From Myxococcota bacterium (GTDB taxonomy: Bacteria; Myxococcota; XYA12-FULL-58-9; JALHOP01), in the NCBI GenBank assembly GCA_039809465.1, contig JBDHVB010000003.1:1-55463 (forward strand): a stretch of DNA of 55,463 bases, in the 5' to 3' direction. A program made the translations under genes and the position numbers. The notes below the pieces were generated by a model. It did not search any database and was not told where the DNA came from. It saw only the letters and a program-made list of their open reading frames with translations. Every line of letters starts with the position of its first letter. Positions within the stretch are counted from its first letter, which is position 1. Shown piece after piece: positions 8,419 through 19,546 of the stretch.

Positions 8419-9522
8419 TTAGCGGACGACCGTCCACTGCGGCGGCGTCGCGTACTTGCCGGGGAACGGGTCGGCGTTGCGGCGGCGCTCGATGTCGCCG
8501 TTGTTGTAGCGGATGGCGTTCATCCGCTCCTGATAGGCCGCGAGGCGCGCGCGGTAACCTCGCTCACCGAAGGCGGCGGCGCCGATGACGCCGACGTTGC
8601 GGGCCTGACCCGTGCGGGCGGCGTAGGAGTCGCGGACGCTGCCGAAGCGGAAGGCGGCGACGGCGTCGTCGCTCTGGCGGAAGCCCTCGACCTCGAGGTG
8701 GCCGTAGGCGTCGATGAGGTAGCCGCGCTTGCCGTAGGCGGCTTCGCGGCCGTCGAGCACGTCCAGGCCGTCGACCGAGAGCACGACCTCGAAGCGCTCG
8801 TTGGTGTTGTTGTCGATGACGATGGTGTAGCGCTGTCCGTTTTCGCCGACGGCGACGGTGCGGCCGTTGCCACGGTAAGCGCTCAAGGCGTTGCCGTACT
8901 CGTCGCGGATCGACATGGTGAGGGCCGAGCCCAGGCCCATGGTGGCGCTGCGGCTGTAGCTCGAGCCGCCGGCGAGCGCCGAGGCGCCGCGGGGATCGTT
9001 GTAGTGCATGGTCGCGGTGTACGAGGGCGACTCGCTGTCGCGCTCGAAGCGGACCTCGGTCACCGACGAGTAGCGCGTCTCACCCCACGTGGTGCCGAGG
9101 CCGGGGCGGTCGTTGGGTTGCGCCACGCTGCGCTTGGCGCTGCTGTCTCCCTTGTCGAGGACGCGGCCACGTGACTCTGCTTCAGCGGACGAGCTGCCCG
9201 CCATGTCGCGGGCCGGAGCGTTCTTGTTGGGGCCGGTGGTGGGCGCGGGCGGCGGGGCCTTCTCGGCGCGCGGCTCGGCGGCGGGGCGCTCATCGAAGCC
9301 GTAGCCCTCCGACTTGCGGCGGGGAGCGTCATCGGCGTAGCCCGACGGGGCGCCTGGCGGGGGTTGGGCGTAGCGCCAGCTCGGCGCGGCTTCGTCGAGC
9401 TCCTGGGCGCCGTCGTTCTGGGCGAGCTCGTCGTTTGCGTCCCCGGCGTTGGGTGTCGCCGACGGGTGGTTACCGCAGGCAGCGAAGACGAACAGGAACA
9501 GGACACTGAGTAGGCGTTTCAT
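8419..9522 (-). CDS. Conserved hypothetical lipoprotein
   Basis: Lipobox FAAC, Pro/Ala-rich linker, conserved-looking domain EVVLSVDGLDVLDG..GY..EGFR..AAFRF..NVGVIG. SD AGGAGGAG. Confidence 0.8.
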   Translation of the reverse strand: MKRLLSVLFLFVFAACGNHPSATPNAGDANDELAQNDGAQELDEAAPSWRYAQPPPGAPSGYADDAPRRKSEGYGFDERPAAEPRAEKAPPPAPTTGPNKNAPARDMAGSSSAEAESRGRVLDKGDSSAKRSVAQPNDRPGLGTTWGETRYSSVTEVRFERDSESPSYTATMHYNDPRGASALAGGSSYSRSATMGLGSALTMSIRDEYGNALSAYRGNGRTVAVGENGQRYTIVIDNNTNERFEVVLSVDGLDVLDGREAAYGKRGYLIDAYGHLEVEGFRQSDDAVAAFRFGSVRDSYAARTGQARNVGVIGAAAFGERGYRARLAAYQERMNAIRYNNGDIERRRNADPFPGKYATPPQWTVVR

Positions 9523-9596
9523 GAGCAACTCCTCCTGACCTGCCATTCGTCGGAGGAGCCCCAAGAAATGGGAACCTCAACGTGGGAACGCCGCGC

Positions 9597-10250
9597 TCAA
9601 GTCCACTCGAGAATCGGCCAACCACGCGTTTTTGCTTCTCTTCTCAGGCGCGGATCGGGCGTCACGGCGACCGGCTCGCCGACCGCTTCCAGCATGGGTA
9701 GGTCCGAGTAGGAGTCCGAATAGAAGGCGCAGCGGGCGAGCGAGCCGCCGAGGCCCGCGACGTAGGCCTCGGCCATGCGCACCTTGCCGCCGCCAAAGCA
9801 GACGGGCTCGATGGCCTTGCCGGTGAAGCAGCCGGCCGCGTCCACCTCGAAGCGGGTGCAGAGGTAGTCATCGAGCTCCAGGTCACGGCTCGCCGCGCCC
9901 GCGAGGTAGGGCGACGAGGAGGTGAGCAAGACCACGCGATCTCCTTGGGCTCGCCGCCGCCGGATGGCGACCCGTGCGTCATGGCGGACGATGGGCTGGA
10001 TCTCGCGGTGATAGAACTCCTTCGCTAAAGCGGACATCTGCGCCTCGCTCTGCCCGCTGAGCGTCTGGATGCCGGCGCGCAGGGCGTCCTCGACGCCGGC
10101 GTAACCTACGCGGTAGGCCGCGAGATACGCGAGCCCCTTGAGGAAGGTCCGGTTGCGCAGCGCTCCGCGGCGCCACTCGTGACGCACCCAGAGGCGCGCC
10201 GAGTTGCCGTGCACCAGGGTCCGGTCCAGATCGAAAAATGCAACGCGCAC
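9597..10250 (-). CDS. HAD-IB (SerB-like) hydrolase
   Basis: FFDLDRT and YSDSYSDLPML motifs. Confidence 0.9.
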   Translation of the reverse strand: MRVAFFDLDRTLVHGNSARLWVRHEWRRGALRNRTFLKGLAYLAAYRVGYAGVEDALRAGIQTLSGQSEAQMSALAKEFYHREIQPIVRHDARVAIRRRRAQGDRVVLLTSSSPYLAGAASRDLELDDYLCTRFEVDAAGCFTGKAIEPVCFGGGKVRMAEAYVAGLGGSLARCAFYSDSYSDLPMLEAVGEPVAVTPDPRLRREAKTRGWPILEWT

Positions 10251-10254
10251 GGTA

Positions 10255-10827
10255 CTACTTCTTGTCGATGGTGATCCGGCTGGTCACGGGGCCGACCTGA
10301 CCGAAGTACTTGCTGCCGCGCTTCGGACCGTAGGGGCGCTCGGCGGGGCTGGTCATGGTGTGCAGGACGATCTGGCTGATGCGCATGCCGGGGTAGAGCT
10401 TCACCGGGACGCGTCCGAGGTTCGAGAGCTCCAGGGTGATCTGCCCCTCGAAGCCCGGGTCGATGAAGCCGGCGGTCGCGTGCACGACGATGGCCAGGCG
10501 GCCGATGCTGCTGCGGCCTTCGACGCGGGCCACGAGATCCTCGGGGATGCGCACCCATTCGACGGTCGAGCCCAGTGCGAACTCACCGGGATGCAAAATG
10601 AACGCCTCGCCTTCGGGCACGTGGTGCGTCTCGGTGATCTTGGCGAGCAGCTCGTTGTCGTTGGGGTCGAGGACGGGGACGTGCGGCAGGCGGTAGGTGA
10701 TGAAATCGCTCGCCAGGCGCAGGTCGATGCTCGCCGGCTGGATCTGCACCTCGGGGTCGCAGAAGGGCTTCACGACGAAATCACCCTTGGCGAGGCGCGC
10801 CTTCAAATCGCGGTCGGAGAGGATCAT
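10255..10827 (-). CDS. dcd: dCTP deaminase
   Basis: MILSDRD, QPASIDLRL, EGRSSIGR, HATAGFIDPGFEGQITLEL, KYFGQ. Confidence 0.95.
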   Translation of the reverse strand: MILSDRDLKARLAKGDFVVKPFCDPEVQIQPASIDLRLASDFITYRLPHVPVLDPNDNELLAKITETHHVPEGEAFILHPGEFALGSTVEWVRIPEDLVARVEGRSSIGRLAIVVHATAGFIDPGFEGQITLELSNLGRVPVKLYPGMRISQIVLHTMTSPAERPYGPKRGSKYFGQVGPVTSRITIDKK

Positions 10828-10887
10828 GGCGGCGGACATTACGCACGCGCTTACCGCGACGGCAAGGTGTTGCTATAGAGCTTGCGC

Positions 10888-12849
10888 ATGCGCCGTCTCG
10901 CCATGATCGCAGCTCTTTGCGCCTCTGCCTGCGCACCGGGCGCAACGCACCCCGAGGAGACCCCAATGGCCAACACCACCGTGACCAGCAGCGTCGCCGC
11001 GCCCGCCACCGACGCGGCCAAGTGCTACGACCCGCTGACGCCCAACCCCGACGCCGCCAAGCGTGATCCCATCGAGTACATCGTCCAGTTCAACGCCCCC
11101 GAGACCCACTACGTGGACGTCGCCGCGCACTTTCCGACCGGCGGTAAGGCTACCCTCGAGCTGATGCTCCCGGTCTGGACACCGGGCTCGTACATGCTGC
11201 GTGAGTACGCGCGTAACATCGAAGGCGCCGCCGCCGCGACCTCCGACGGCGCGACCCTGCCGATGACGAAGACCGCGAAGAACCGCTGGCAGGTGACCAC
11301 CAACGGCGCCAAGGTCGTGCTTGTCCGCTATCGCGTCTATGGCCACGAGCTCACCGTCCGCAACAACTGGATCGAGCGCGACTACGCGTTGTTGAACGGC
11401 GCCGCGACCTTCATGACCATCGCGGATGGCGAGTCGCGGCCGCACGACGTGCGCGTGGTGCCGCACAAGGGCTGGAAGGCCACGGTCACGGGCATGCCAC
11501 GGCATCCCGACGGCAGCTCGCTGCGTTTCCGGGCGCCGAGCTTCGACGTGCTCGTGGACTCGCCGATCATCAGCGGCGCGAACCTCGTGGTTCGGGAGTT
11601 CGAGCAGGGCGGCAAGAAGCACACGGTCGTCACGCAGGGCGGCGCCAACGTGTGGGACGACGACCGCTTCGTGGCCGACGTGCAGAAGATCGTCGCCAGC
11701 GAGCAAGCCTTCTGGAAGGTCATCCCGTACGACAACTTCACCTTCATCAACATCCTCAATCACGAGAACGGCGGCGGTCTCGAGCACGGCAGCTCGACGG
11801 TGCTCATGGGTAACCGCTGGGCGAGCCGTGACCGTGAGGACTACACCGGCTGGCTGTCCGTCGTAGCGCACGAGTTCTTCCACACCTGGAACGTCAAGCG
11901 CCTGCGGCCCATCGCGCTGGGGCCGTTCGACTACGAGCGCGAGAATCACACGCCGAGCTTGTGGGTCGTCGAAGGCGTGACCTCCTACTACGACGACATG
12001 TTCGTGCACCGCGCCGGCCTCACGACGCGCGACGAGTACTTGAAGTTCATGAGCAAGAACATCGAGCGCTTGCAGAACGGCCCCGGCCGCAAGGCGCAGG
12101 CGCTCGACGCCAGCTCGTTCGACGCCTGGATCAAGTTCTACCGGCCCGACGAGAACTCGAACAACTCGGGGGTCAGCTACTACACCAAGGGCGCGGTGGT
12201 CGCGTGGCTGCTCGACCTCGAGATCCGCAAGGCCACCAACGGCGCAAAGAGCATGGACGACGTCATGCGCGCCGCCTACGCCAAGTACGCCGGCACCTGC
12301 GGTTACACCGAGGAGCAGTTCCGCGCGCTCATCAGCGAGACCGCTGGAACGGACATGTCGACATGGCTCGCCAAAGCGGTCAGCTCGACCCAAGAGCTCG
12401 ACTACGAGTCGGCGATCGCCTGGGTGGGCCTGCGCTTCAAGGCACCGACTCCGCCCAAGAAGGGTGAGGGCGCGGCCGCCGGCGATCCGTGGATGGGCAC
12501 CGACCTGGGCTGGCTCGGCGCCGACTTCAAAGTCGACAACGGCCGCAACGTGGTGAAGTCGGTGCTACGCGATGGACCGGCGCACCAGGCAGGCCTGAAC
12601 GCCGACGACGAGCTGCTCGGCATCGATCAGTTCCGCGTGCGCGCCGGCGACCTCGAGAACCGCTTGAAGCGCTACCACGCGGGCGACGACGTGGAGCTGC
12701 TCATCGCGCGCCGTGATGCGCTCATTCGTTTGCCGGTGAAGCTGGGCGCCAAGCCCAACACCAGCTGGGAGCTCGAGGTCATCCCTGACGCCGACGCGGC
12801 GGTGGTGGCGCGCCGCGATGCGTGGCTCGCCGGTAAGACGACGCCTTAG
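10888..12849 (+). CDS. M61 glycyl aminopeptidase-family lipoprotein with C-terminal PDZ domain
   Basis: WTPGSY, GGLEH, HEFFHTWNVKRLRP, SYYTKG, PDZ (GPAHQAGL). Lipobox ASAC. Confidence 0.92.
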   Translation: MRRLAMIAALCASACAPGATHPEETPMANTTVTSSVAAPATDAAKCYDPLTPNPDAAKRDPIEYIVQFNAPETHYVDVAAHFPTGGKATLELMLPVWTPGSYMLREYARNIEGAAAATSDGATLPMTKTAKNRWQVTTNGAKVVLVRYRVYGHELTVRNNWIERDYALLNGAATFMTIADGESRPHDVRVVPHKGWKATVTGMPRHPDGSSLRFRAPSFDVLVDSPIISGANLVVREFEQGGKKHTVVTQGGANVWDDDRFVADVQKIVASEQAFWKVIPYDNFTFINILNHENGGGLEHGSSTVLMGNRWASRDREDYTGWLSVVAHEFFHTWNVKRLRPIALGPFDYERENHTPSLWVVEGVTSYYDDMFVHRAGLTTRDEYLKFMSKNIERLQNGPGRKAQALDASSFDAWIKFYRPDENSNNSGVSYYTKGAVVAWLLDLEIRKATNGAKSMDDVMRAAYAKYAGTCGYTEEQFRALISETAGTDMSTWLAKAVSSTQELDYESAIAWVGLRFKAPTPPKKGEGAAAGDPWMGTDLGWLGADFKVDNGRNVVKSVLRDGPAHQAGLNADDELLGIDQFRVRAGDLENRLKRYHAGDDVELLIARRDALIRLPVKLGAKPNTSWELEVIPDADAAVVARRDAWLAGKTTP

Positions 12850-13346
12850 AACACCAGCGCGATCCCGATCTCCGGATACCAGTACGAGCAGTTGCTGGTG
12901 CACTCCGAGACGATGCGCTCGTACGCCGCGCCGGCGTTCACGTAGGCGTGCGGGCCTTGCACGAAGATGAGACCGGCGCGGCCGCCGAGCGTGTCTTGAT
13001 CGCGGAAGCCGTCGCTGATGAACCAGTGGCGGTAGAACGTGCCGATGTACGGCTTCACCACGTCGATGACGTCGAGCACGTAGCGCAGCTCGGGGGCGAG
13101 GCGGGTGACGTTCGGTGAGTTGCCGAGCCAGGTGTCGGCGCTGACGCCGAGCTCGAGGCCTGGGAGCACGAAGAAGCCGGCGCTCGCGCCGAGCAGGAAG
13201 TAGGTGTGGTCGAACGAGCTGACCGCGCCGAGCTGTAGACCAAAGCGCAGACGCCCCTGGTCGAAGAGGCTCTGGGCGCGTGCTTGGCTGGCGAGCCCAA
13301 CGACCGCCAGCGCGAACAAGAAGGGCAGGGTGCGGCGTAGAAGCAT
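12846..13346 (-). CDS. Small outer-membrane beta-barrel protein
   Basis: Signal peptide (ARA-Q), alternating amphipathic strands, C-terminal Phe. Confidence 0.75.
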   Translation of the reverse strand: MLLRRTLPFLFALAVVGLASQARAQSLFDQGRLRFGLQLGAVSSFDHTYFLLGASAGFFVLPGLELGVSADTWLGNSPNVTRLAPELRYVLDVIDVVKPYIGTFYRHWFISDGFRDQDTLGGRAGLIFVQGPHAYVNAGAAYERIVSECTSNCSYWYPEIGIALVF

Positions 13347-13495
13347 GCGCCTGGATAATAGGTACGCGGGGGTCTTCGCGAGCCCTAAAACGCGTGGAAT
13401 TTATCAACGACCTGATGCGTTAAATACGCCATTGCCACGGGATTGTTGGCTTTCTCGGCGGTTCATCAGTGTTCACTTGTGGGTCATTATAAGCG

Positions 13496-13525
13496 TTGAC
13501 GATGGCCACTAATCCGTGCTAAATT
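13496..13525 (+). promoter_or_regulatory. SigA-type promoter of cdnL
   Basis: TTGACG (13496)-N18-TAAATT (13520) with an extended TG motif. Confidence 0.7.
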
Positions 13526-13769
13526 TCGCGCGCTTTCCTGGGGGTTCTGTCCCTCAACGACGCTCGAGTTTTTTGCGTCCACCTTTAGCCAGTACGTCAC
13601 GGGCAAAAAGTGGTCGCTATCTGGTCAAGCCTTCCACGGCATAGCCAGCGTGCAGAGAACGAGTCGCGTCGCGTAACCGACGCAGACCCGCATCTGCGCA
13701 TGTCTACGTTCGTGCAGGCCGCCACCCGTCCGGATCAGTCCGGGTGGGTTCTACAAGGAGAGATCTCGC

Positions 13770-14270
13770 ATGCAGCAGACAGCACAGACCTTCAAAGTCG
13801 GCGACAAGGCTGTTTACCCGGCTCACGGTGTGGGTGAAGTCACGGCCATCGAAAACCGCGAGATCTCCGGGATGAACCAGCAGTTCTACATCCTGCGCAT
13901 CCTCGACAACGGGATGAAGATCATGATCCCGACCAATAACGTTCGCCAGGTCGGCCTGCGCGAGGTCATTGGCAAGGACAAGGTCGAGAAGGTGTTCAAG
14001 ATCCTTCGCGAGAAGGATCTGAGCGTCGACACCACGACCTGGAATCGCCGCTACCGTGAGTACATGGAGAAGATCAAGACCGGCTCGGTCTTCGAAGTGG
14101 CCGAGGTCCTTCGCGATCTCTATCTGCTCAAGACCGACAAGGATCTGTCGTTCTGCGAGCTCAAGCTCTTGGACAACGCCCGCGGCCTGCTCATCAAGGA
14201 GCTCGCGGTCGCCAAGAACTGCGACGAGGAAGAGGTCGAGAACGAGCTCAAGAAGATCTTCAACCATTAA
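13770..14270 (+). CDS. cdnL: CarD/CdnL-family RNAP-binding transcription factor
   Basis: FKVGDKAVYPAHGVG, TWNRRYREYMEKIKTGS, EVAEVLRDL. SD AAGGAG. Confidence 0.95.
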   Translation: MQQTAQTFKVGDKAVYPAHGVGEVTAIENREISGMNQQFYILRILDNGMKIMIPTNNVRQVGLREVIGKDKVEKVFKILREKDLSVDTTTWNRRYREYMEKIKTGSVFEVAEVLRDLYLLKTDKDLSFCELKLLDNARGLLIKELAVAKNCDEEEVENELKKIFNH

Positions 14271-14293
14271 GATCTTCTCATCGTGAAACGACG

Positions 14294-14337
14294 CGGCCCG
14301 CGAGACTCGAGAGAGCTTCGCGGGCCGTTTTGTTTTT
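14294..14337 (+). terminator. Rho-independent terminator after cdnL
   Basis: Stem CGGCCCGCGA / TCGCGGGCCG followed by TTTTGTTTTT. Confidence 0.85.
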
Positions 14338-14406
14338 CACGCAGCGGTAGGCCATAAGTCACAAGCGTTGCGAGCCGCGTCCGCTTGAGGCAGGCTCGGC
14401 GGCCTC

Positions 14407-15150
14407 ATGTCCGCTGACGGAAAGCCCCCGATGAAGCCTTCTTCCATGAAGGACTTCGACTACTTCGACAGTCACGCGAAGCCAGCCAAGCACATCGACA
14501 TCGACGCGCTCCCCGAGAGCCTCGAGGAGCAGATGGAGCGCTACCGCGCCATGCGCTCGCGTGGCGTGCGCCAGATCTTCTTCGCCATGCTGTTCTTCGG
14601 CGTGTGCGGCTGGTTCCTCTGGGGCTACCGCGACCTCGTCGTCTACATGGTCGCTGGCCCGGAAGAGCCGATGGTGCTGGGCGATGTCGCCGAGATGGAC
14701 CCGTCGAAGATCCCGCACAACGCCTACGTGAAGATCACCGGCATCACCGAGCACCGCGGCATGCAGCAGAAGATCATCCGTGGCCTGAACTTCACCAAGT
14801 CGGAGTTCTGGTACTTCCGCCTCTTGGGCTCGCGCGGCGTGTTCATCGAGACCGAGCCCGACGCCACCAAGTACGGCCTGGTCACGCAGCTCACGGTCAC
14901 CGGCCGCGCCGTCGACCCCAAGCGCGAGCGCGCCTACGACGAGCTCATGGCGAGCTATCAGGCGAAGTTCTTCACCGAGGAGCGCCCCAACATGCGCATC
15001 ATCCAGGTGGGGGTGCGGCCGGGTGAGGGCCAAGGCACGTTGCTCGTCGTCGTGGTGCTCTTCTTCCTGATGAGCGCCTGGAACATCTGGACCATCGTGG
15101 GCTTCGTACGGCAGCTCAAGCAGAAGCCGGCTATTCCACAAGCGGCTTGA
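14407..15150 (+). CDS. Hypothetical membrane protein (two TM helices flanking an extracytoplasmic domain)
   Basis: Typical codon bias and two hydrophobic segments. Confidence 0.75.
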   Translation: MSADGKPPMKPSSMKDFDYFDSHAKPAKHIDIDALPESLEEQMERYRAMRSRGVRQIFFAMLFFGVCGWFLWGYRDLVVYMVAGPEEPMVLGDVAEMDPSKIPHNAYVKITGITEHRGMQQKIIRGLNFTKSEFWYFRLLGSRGVFIETEPDATKYGLVTQLTVTGRAVDPKRERAYDELMASYQAKFFTEERPNMRIIQVGVRPGEGQGTLLVVVVLFFLMSAWNIWTIVGFVRQLKQKPAIPQAA

Positions 15151-15178
15151 CCGGCGCACGACTCAGGGGGAATCCGCT

Positions 15179-16828
15179 ATGGCGTTCTTGCAAGGTGGGC
15201 ACATCGTTGCCCAAGCACTCGCGGCCGAGAAAGTCTCGCACCTGTTCACGCTGTGCGGCGGCCACATCCAGATGATCTACGACGGCTGCCTGTCACACGG
15301 CATCCGTGTCGTCGATACCCGTCACGAGCAGAGCGCCGCGCACGCCGCCGATGGTTGGGCGCGCGCCACGGGGAGGCCTGGTGTCGCGGCGGTGACCGCG
15401 GGGCCCGGCGTGACCGACGCCGTGACCGCTGTCGCGAACGCCCAGCGCGCGCAGGTGCCGATGATCCTCATCGGCGGCCAAGGCGCCCGCATGCTCTCGC
15501 AGTTCGGCGGCCAGGACCGCGGCTCGCTGCAGGACATGAACCACGTCGAGCTCATGCGGCCGATCACCAAGTGGTCGGTGTCGGTCCCGGAGACCCGCCG
15601 CCTGGGCGAGTACATCCAGACCGCCTTCCGCATCGCCACCACCGGCGTGCCCGGCCCGGTCTTCCTCGAAATGCCGCTCGACATCCTCATCATGGGCGCC
15701 GACGAGAACGACGTCATCCGCTATGACGGATATCGCACCGAGGCCAAGACCGGCGGCGATCCGGCGATGCTCGACCGCGCGGCCGAGGCGATCCGCGGCG
15801 CCGAGCGGCCGATGCTCATCGTCGGCTCGCAGTGGCGCTGGTCGCACAAGCACGAGGCGTTGGCGGCTCTTCTGAAAGCATCGCCGATGCCGACCTTCGT
15901 CAACGGCATGGCCCGCGGCGCCTTGCCGGTCGGCGACCCGTGCCGCTTCACCCGCTCACGCAAGGACGCGCTCGCTTTGGCGGACGTCGTGGTCATCTTC
16001 GGCACGCCGCTCGACTTCCGGCTGGGCTACGGCGAGGCCATCGGCAAGGACACGAAGCTCATCCAGGTGGATCTCGACGGCGGCGAGATTGGCCGTAACC
16101 GGCGCGTCGACATCGGCATCGTGGGTGACACGGGCCTGGTGCTCGAAGGTCTGGCGCAGCGTCTCGCTGGTAAGTCGCCCGACCGCGCGGCCTGGCTCTC
16201 GACGATGCGTGACGCCGAGGCGAAGCGCGTCGGCAAGGACAAGAGCGAGCTCGAGAACAGCGGCGATCCCATCAATCCGCTTTATTTGTGCTCGCGGCTC
16301 AACAAGCATCTCGGCCCGAAGAGCATCGTCGTCGGTGACGGCGGCGACTTCGTCGCGACCGCCGCGTACATCCTCGAGGTGCAGGGCGTGGGCTCGTGGA
16401 TGGATCCCGGCCCGCTCGGCACCTTGGGCGTAGGCCCCGGGTACGCGATGGCGGCCAAGCTCGCGAAGCCCGATCACAACGTGGTGCTGGTCTCCGGCGA
16501 CGGCTCGTTCGGCCTGAACGGCTTCGAGCTCGAGGCCATGGCGCGCCAGAACATCAAGGTCACCTGCATCATCGGCAACGACGGCGCCTGGACGCAGATC
16601 CGCCGCGGCCAGATCGACATGTACGGTGAGGAGCGCGCGGTCGCGACCGGCCTTGCGAAGACGCGCTACGACATCGTCGCCCAGGGCCTGGGCTGCCACG
16701 GCGAGCACGTCACCAAGGCGGCGGACATCGACGCCGCCTTGCAGCGTGCGTTTGCATCACCGCTGCCGGCGGTGGTGAACGTCGAGATTGGCACCTCGGA
16801 GTTCCGCAAGGGCGCGATTAGCGTCTAG
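15179..16828 (+). CDS. ThDP-dependent enzyme (acetolactate synthase-like / 2-hydroxyacyl-CoA lyase-like)
   Basis: TLCGGHI, RHEQSA, TAGPG, DPGPLGTLGVG, ThDP motif GDGSFG..GND. Confidence 0.88.
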   Translation: MAFLQGGHIVAQALAAEKVSHLFTLCGGHIQMIYDGCLSHGIRVVDTRHEQSAAHAADGWARATGRPGVAAVTAGPGVTDAVTAVANAQRAQVPMILIGGQGARMLSQFGGQDRGSLQDMNHVELMRPITKWSVSVPETRRLGEYIQTAFRIATTGVPGPVFLEMPLDILIMGADENDVIRYDGYRTEAKTGGDPAMLDRAAEAIRGAERPMLIVGSQWRWSHKHEALAALLKASPMPTFVNGMARGALPVGDPCRFTRSRKDALALADVVVIFGTPLDFRLGYGEAIGKDTKLIQVDLDGGEIGRNRRVDIGIVGDTGLVLEGLAQRLAGKSPDRAAWLSTMRDAEAKRVGKDKSELENSGDPINPLYLCSRLNKHLGPKSIVVGDGGDFVATAAYILEVQGVGSWMDPGPLGTLGVGPGYAMAAKLAKPDHNVVLVSGDGSFGLNGFELEAMARQNIKVTCIIGNDGAWTQIRRGQIDMYGEERAVATGLAKTRYDIVAQGLGCHGEHVTKAADIDAALQRAFASPLPAVVNVEIGTSEFRKGAISV

Positions 16829-16922
16829 CCACGACGTCGACGCAACTCTAGAGCCCGGCGCCCGATATCACCCGGCAACGTCGTTAACGTTTCGATGGGC
16901 TTTTGCCCAAAAGGGATTCGCC

Positions 16923-17306
16923 GTGGCTATTGAGAACAACGTCGATCGCGCTGGAACCATCATGCCGGACCTGGGCCCTATCAAGCCCTACACCGGTAAG
17001 AACCCGAACATCCGTCTCGCCGAGGTCAGCTACGATGCGAAGAGCGCGCAGTTGCAGGTCAAGTGGACCGCGACGAGCATCAGCCAGACGCTGAGCGCCA
17101 AGGTCGAGCAGCAAGGTAAGGAGCTCGTGGTGGTTTTGGATCGCAAGTCGCCGACTCTACAGAACGCCTCGGGCCGGCCGACGATCGGCGCGGGTGGCGC
17201 GGCGATGACCGAGCGCGACGACAAGGTGCAACTGCCGCACGTTGCCAAGGGCACGACCATCAAGGTGTGGAACGGCGACGTCCTCGCCGGCACTTTCAAG
17301 GCATGA
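16923..17306 (+). CDS. Hypothetical protein
   Basis: Coding-like codon bias from GTG at 16923. No recognisable family. Confidence 0.65.
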   Translation: MAIENNVDRAGTIMPDLGPIKPYTGKNPNIRLAEVSYDAKSAQLQVKWTATSISQTLSAKVEQQGKELVVVLDRKSPTLQNASGRPTIGAGGAAMTERDDKVQLPHVAKGTTIKVWNGDVLAGTFKA

Positions 17307-17332
17307 TGGGGATGACCCCAGCCGGAAACCCT

Positions 17333-17982
17333 TCAGCTCGCGCGTGAGCGCGGCACGAAGTGGTTGGTGCCGTGGGTCGCGCGCTTCATGGCGTCGACGA
17401 GGAGGTCGAAGTCTTCGTCGACGCGCATGTCGACGTCGCTGGTCTCGACGATGAGGAGCGGTGACTCGTCGTAGTGGAAGAAGAACTGGTTGTAGGCGCG
17501 TTGCAGGGAGTCGAGGTACTGCACCTCGACGGTGGCTTCCATGTCGCGTCCGCGTTTGCGGAGGCGCTTCATGAGCACCTCGGGGCGCGCTTGCAGGTAG
17601 ACCACGAGGTCGGGCTTGACGAGGCGCGGGCGCAAGAGGTCGTAGATGCGCTCGTAGAGCTGGAGCTCGGCTTCGGCCAGGTTCAGGTAGGCGAAGATGC
17701 GGTCCTTGGCGAAGAGATAGTCGCTGACGATGGAGCGCGCGAAGAGGTCGTGCTGGCGTAGCTCTTCTTGCTGCTTGAAGCGCGCCACCAGGAAGTAGAC
17801 CTGGGTCTGGAACGCGACGCGGTCCTTGTCTTGGTAGAACTCGCGCAGGAACGGGTTGTCCGAGAACTCCTCGAGGACGACCTTCGCGCCGATGTGCTCG
17901 GCGAGCTTCTGCGTCAGCGTCGTTTTACCGACGCCAATGGGGCCCTCGATGGCGATGTACCTGGGCAGCCCTGCAGCTTTGC

Positions 17983-17986
<4 letters not shown>
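17333..17986 (-). CDS. Deoxynucleoside kinase
   Basis: IAIEGPIGVGKTT P-loop, NPFL..FY, DYLFAKD, KPDLVVYL. Confidence 0.93.
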
Positions 17987-19407
<1,421 letters not shown>

Positions 19408-19456
19408 GCGATTACTTGAGGGATTAGCACGACTGTAGCCTCTTGGCCACAGTTAG

Positions 19457-19472
19457 TGGCCTGCGAATTGCT
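19457..19472 (+). promoter_or_regulatory. Sigma54 -24/-12 promoter
   Basis: TGGCCT-GCGAA-TTGCT with correct GG-N10-GC spacing, upstream of the M20 gene. Confidence 0.55.
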
Positions 19473-19546
19473 CCTGGGCCGCCCGGCTCGATCTGTCACG
19501 CAGGCGCCATATTGCGCCGCACGGGTGGCCTTGCTAGGCACCCCGC

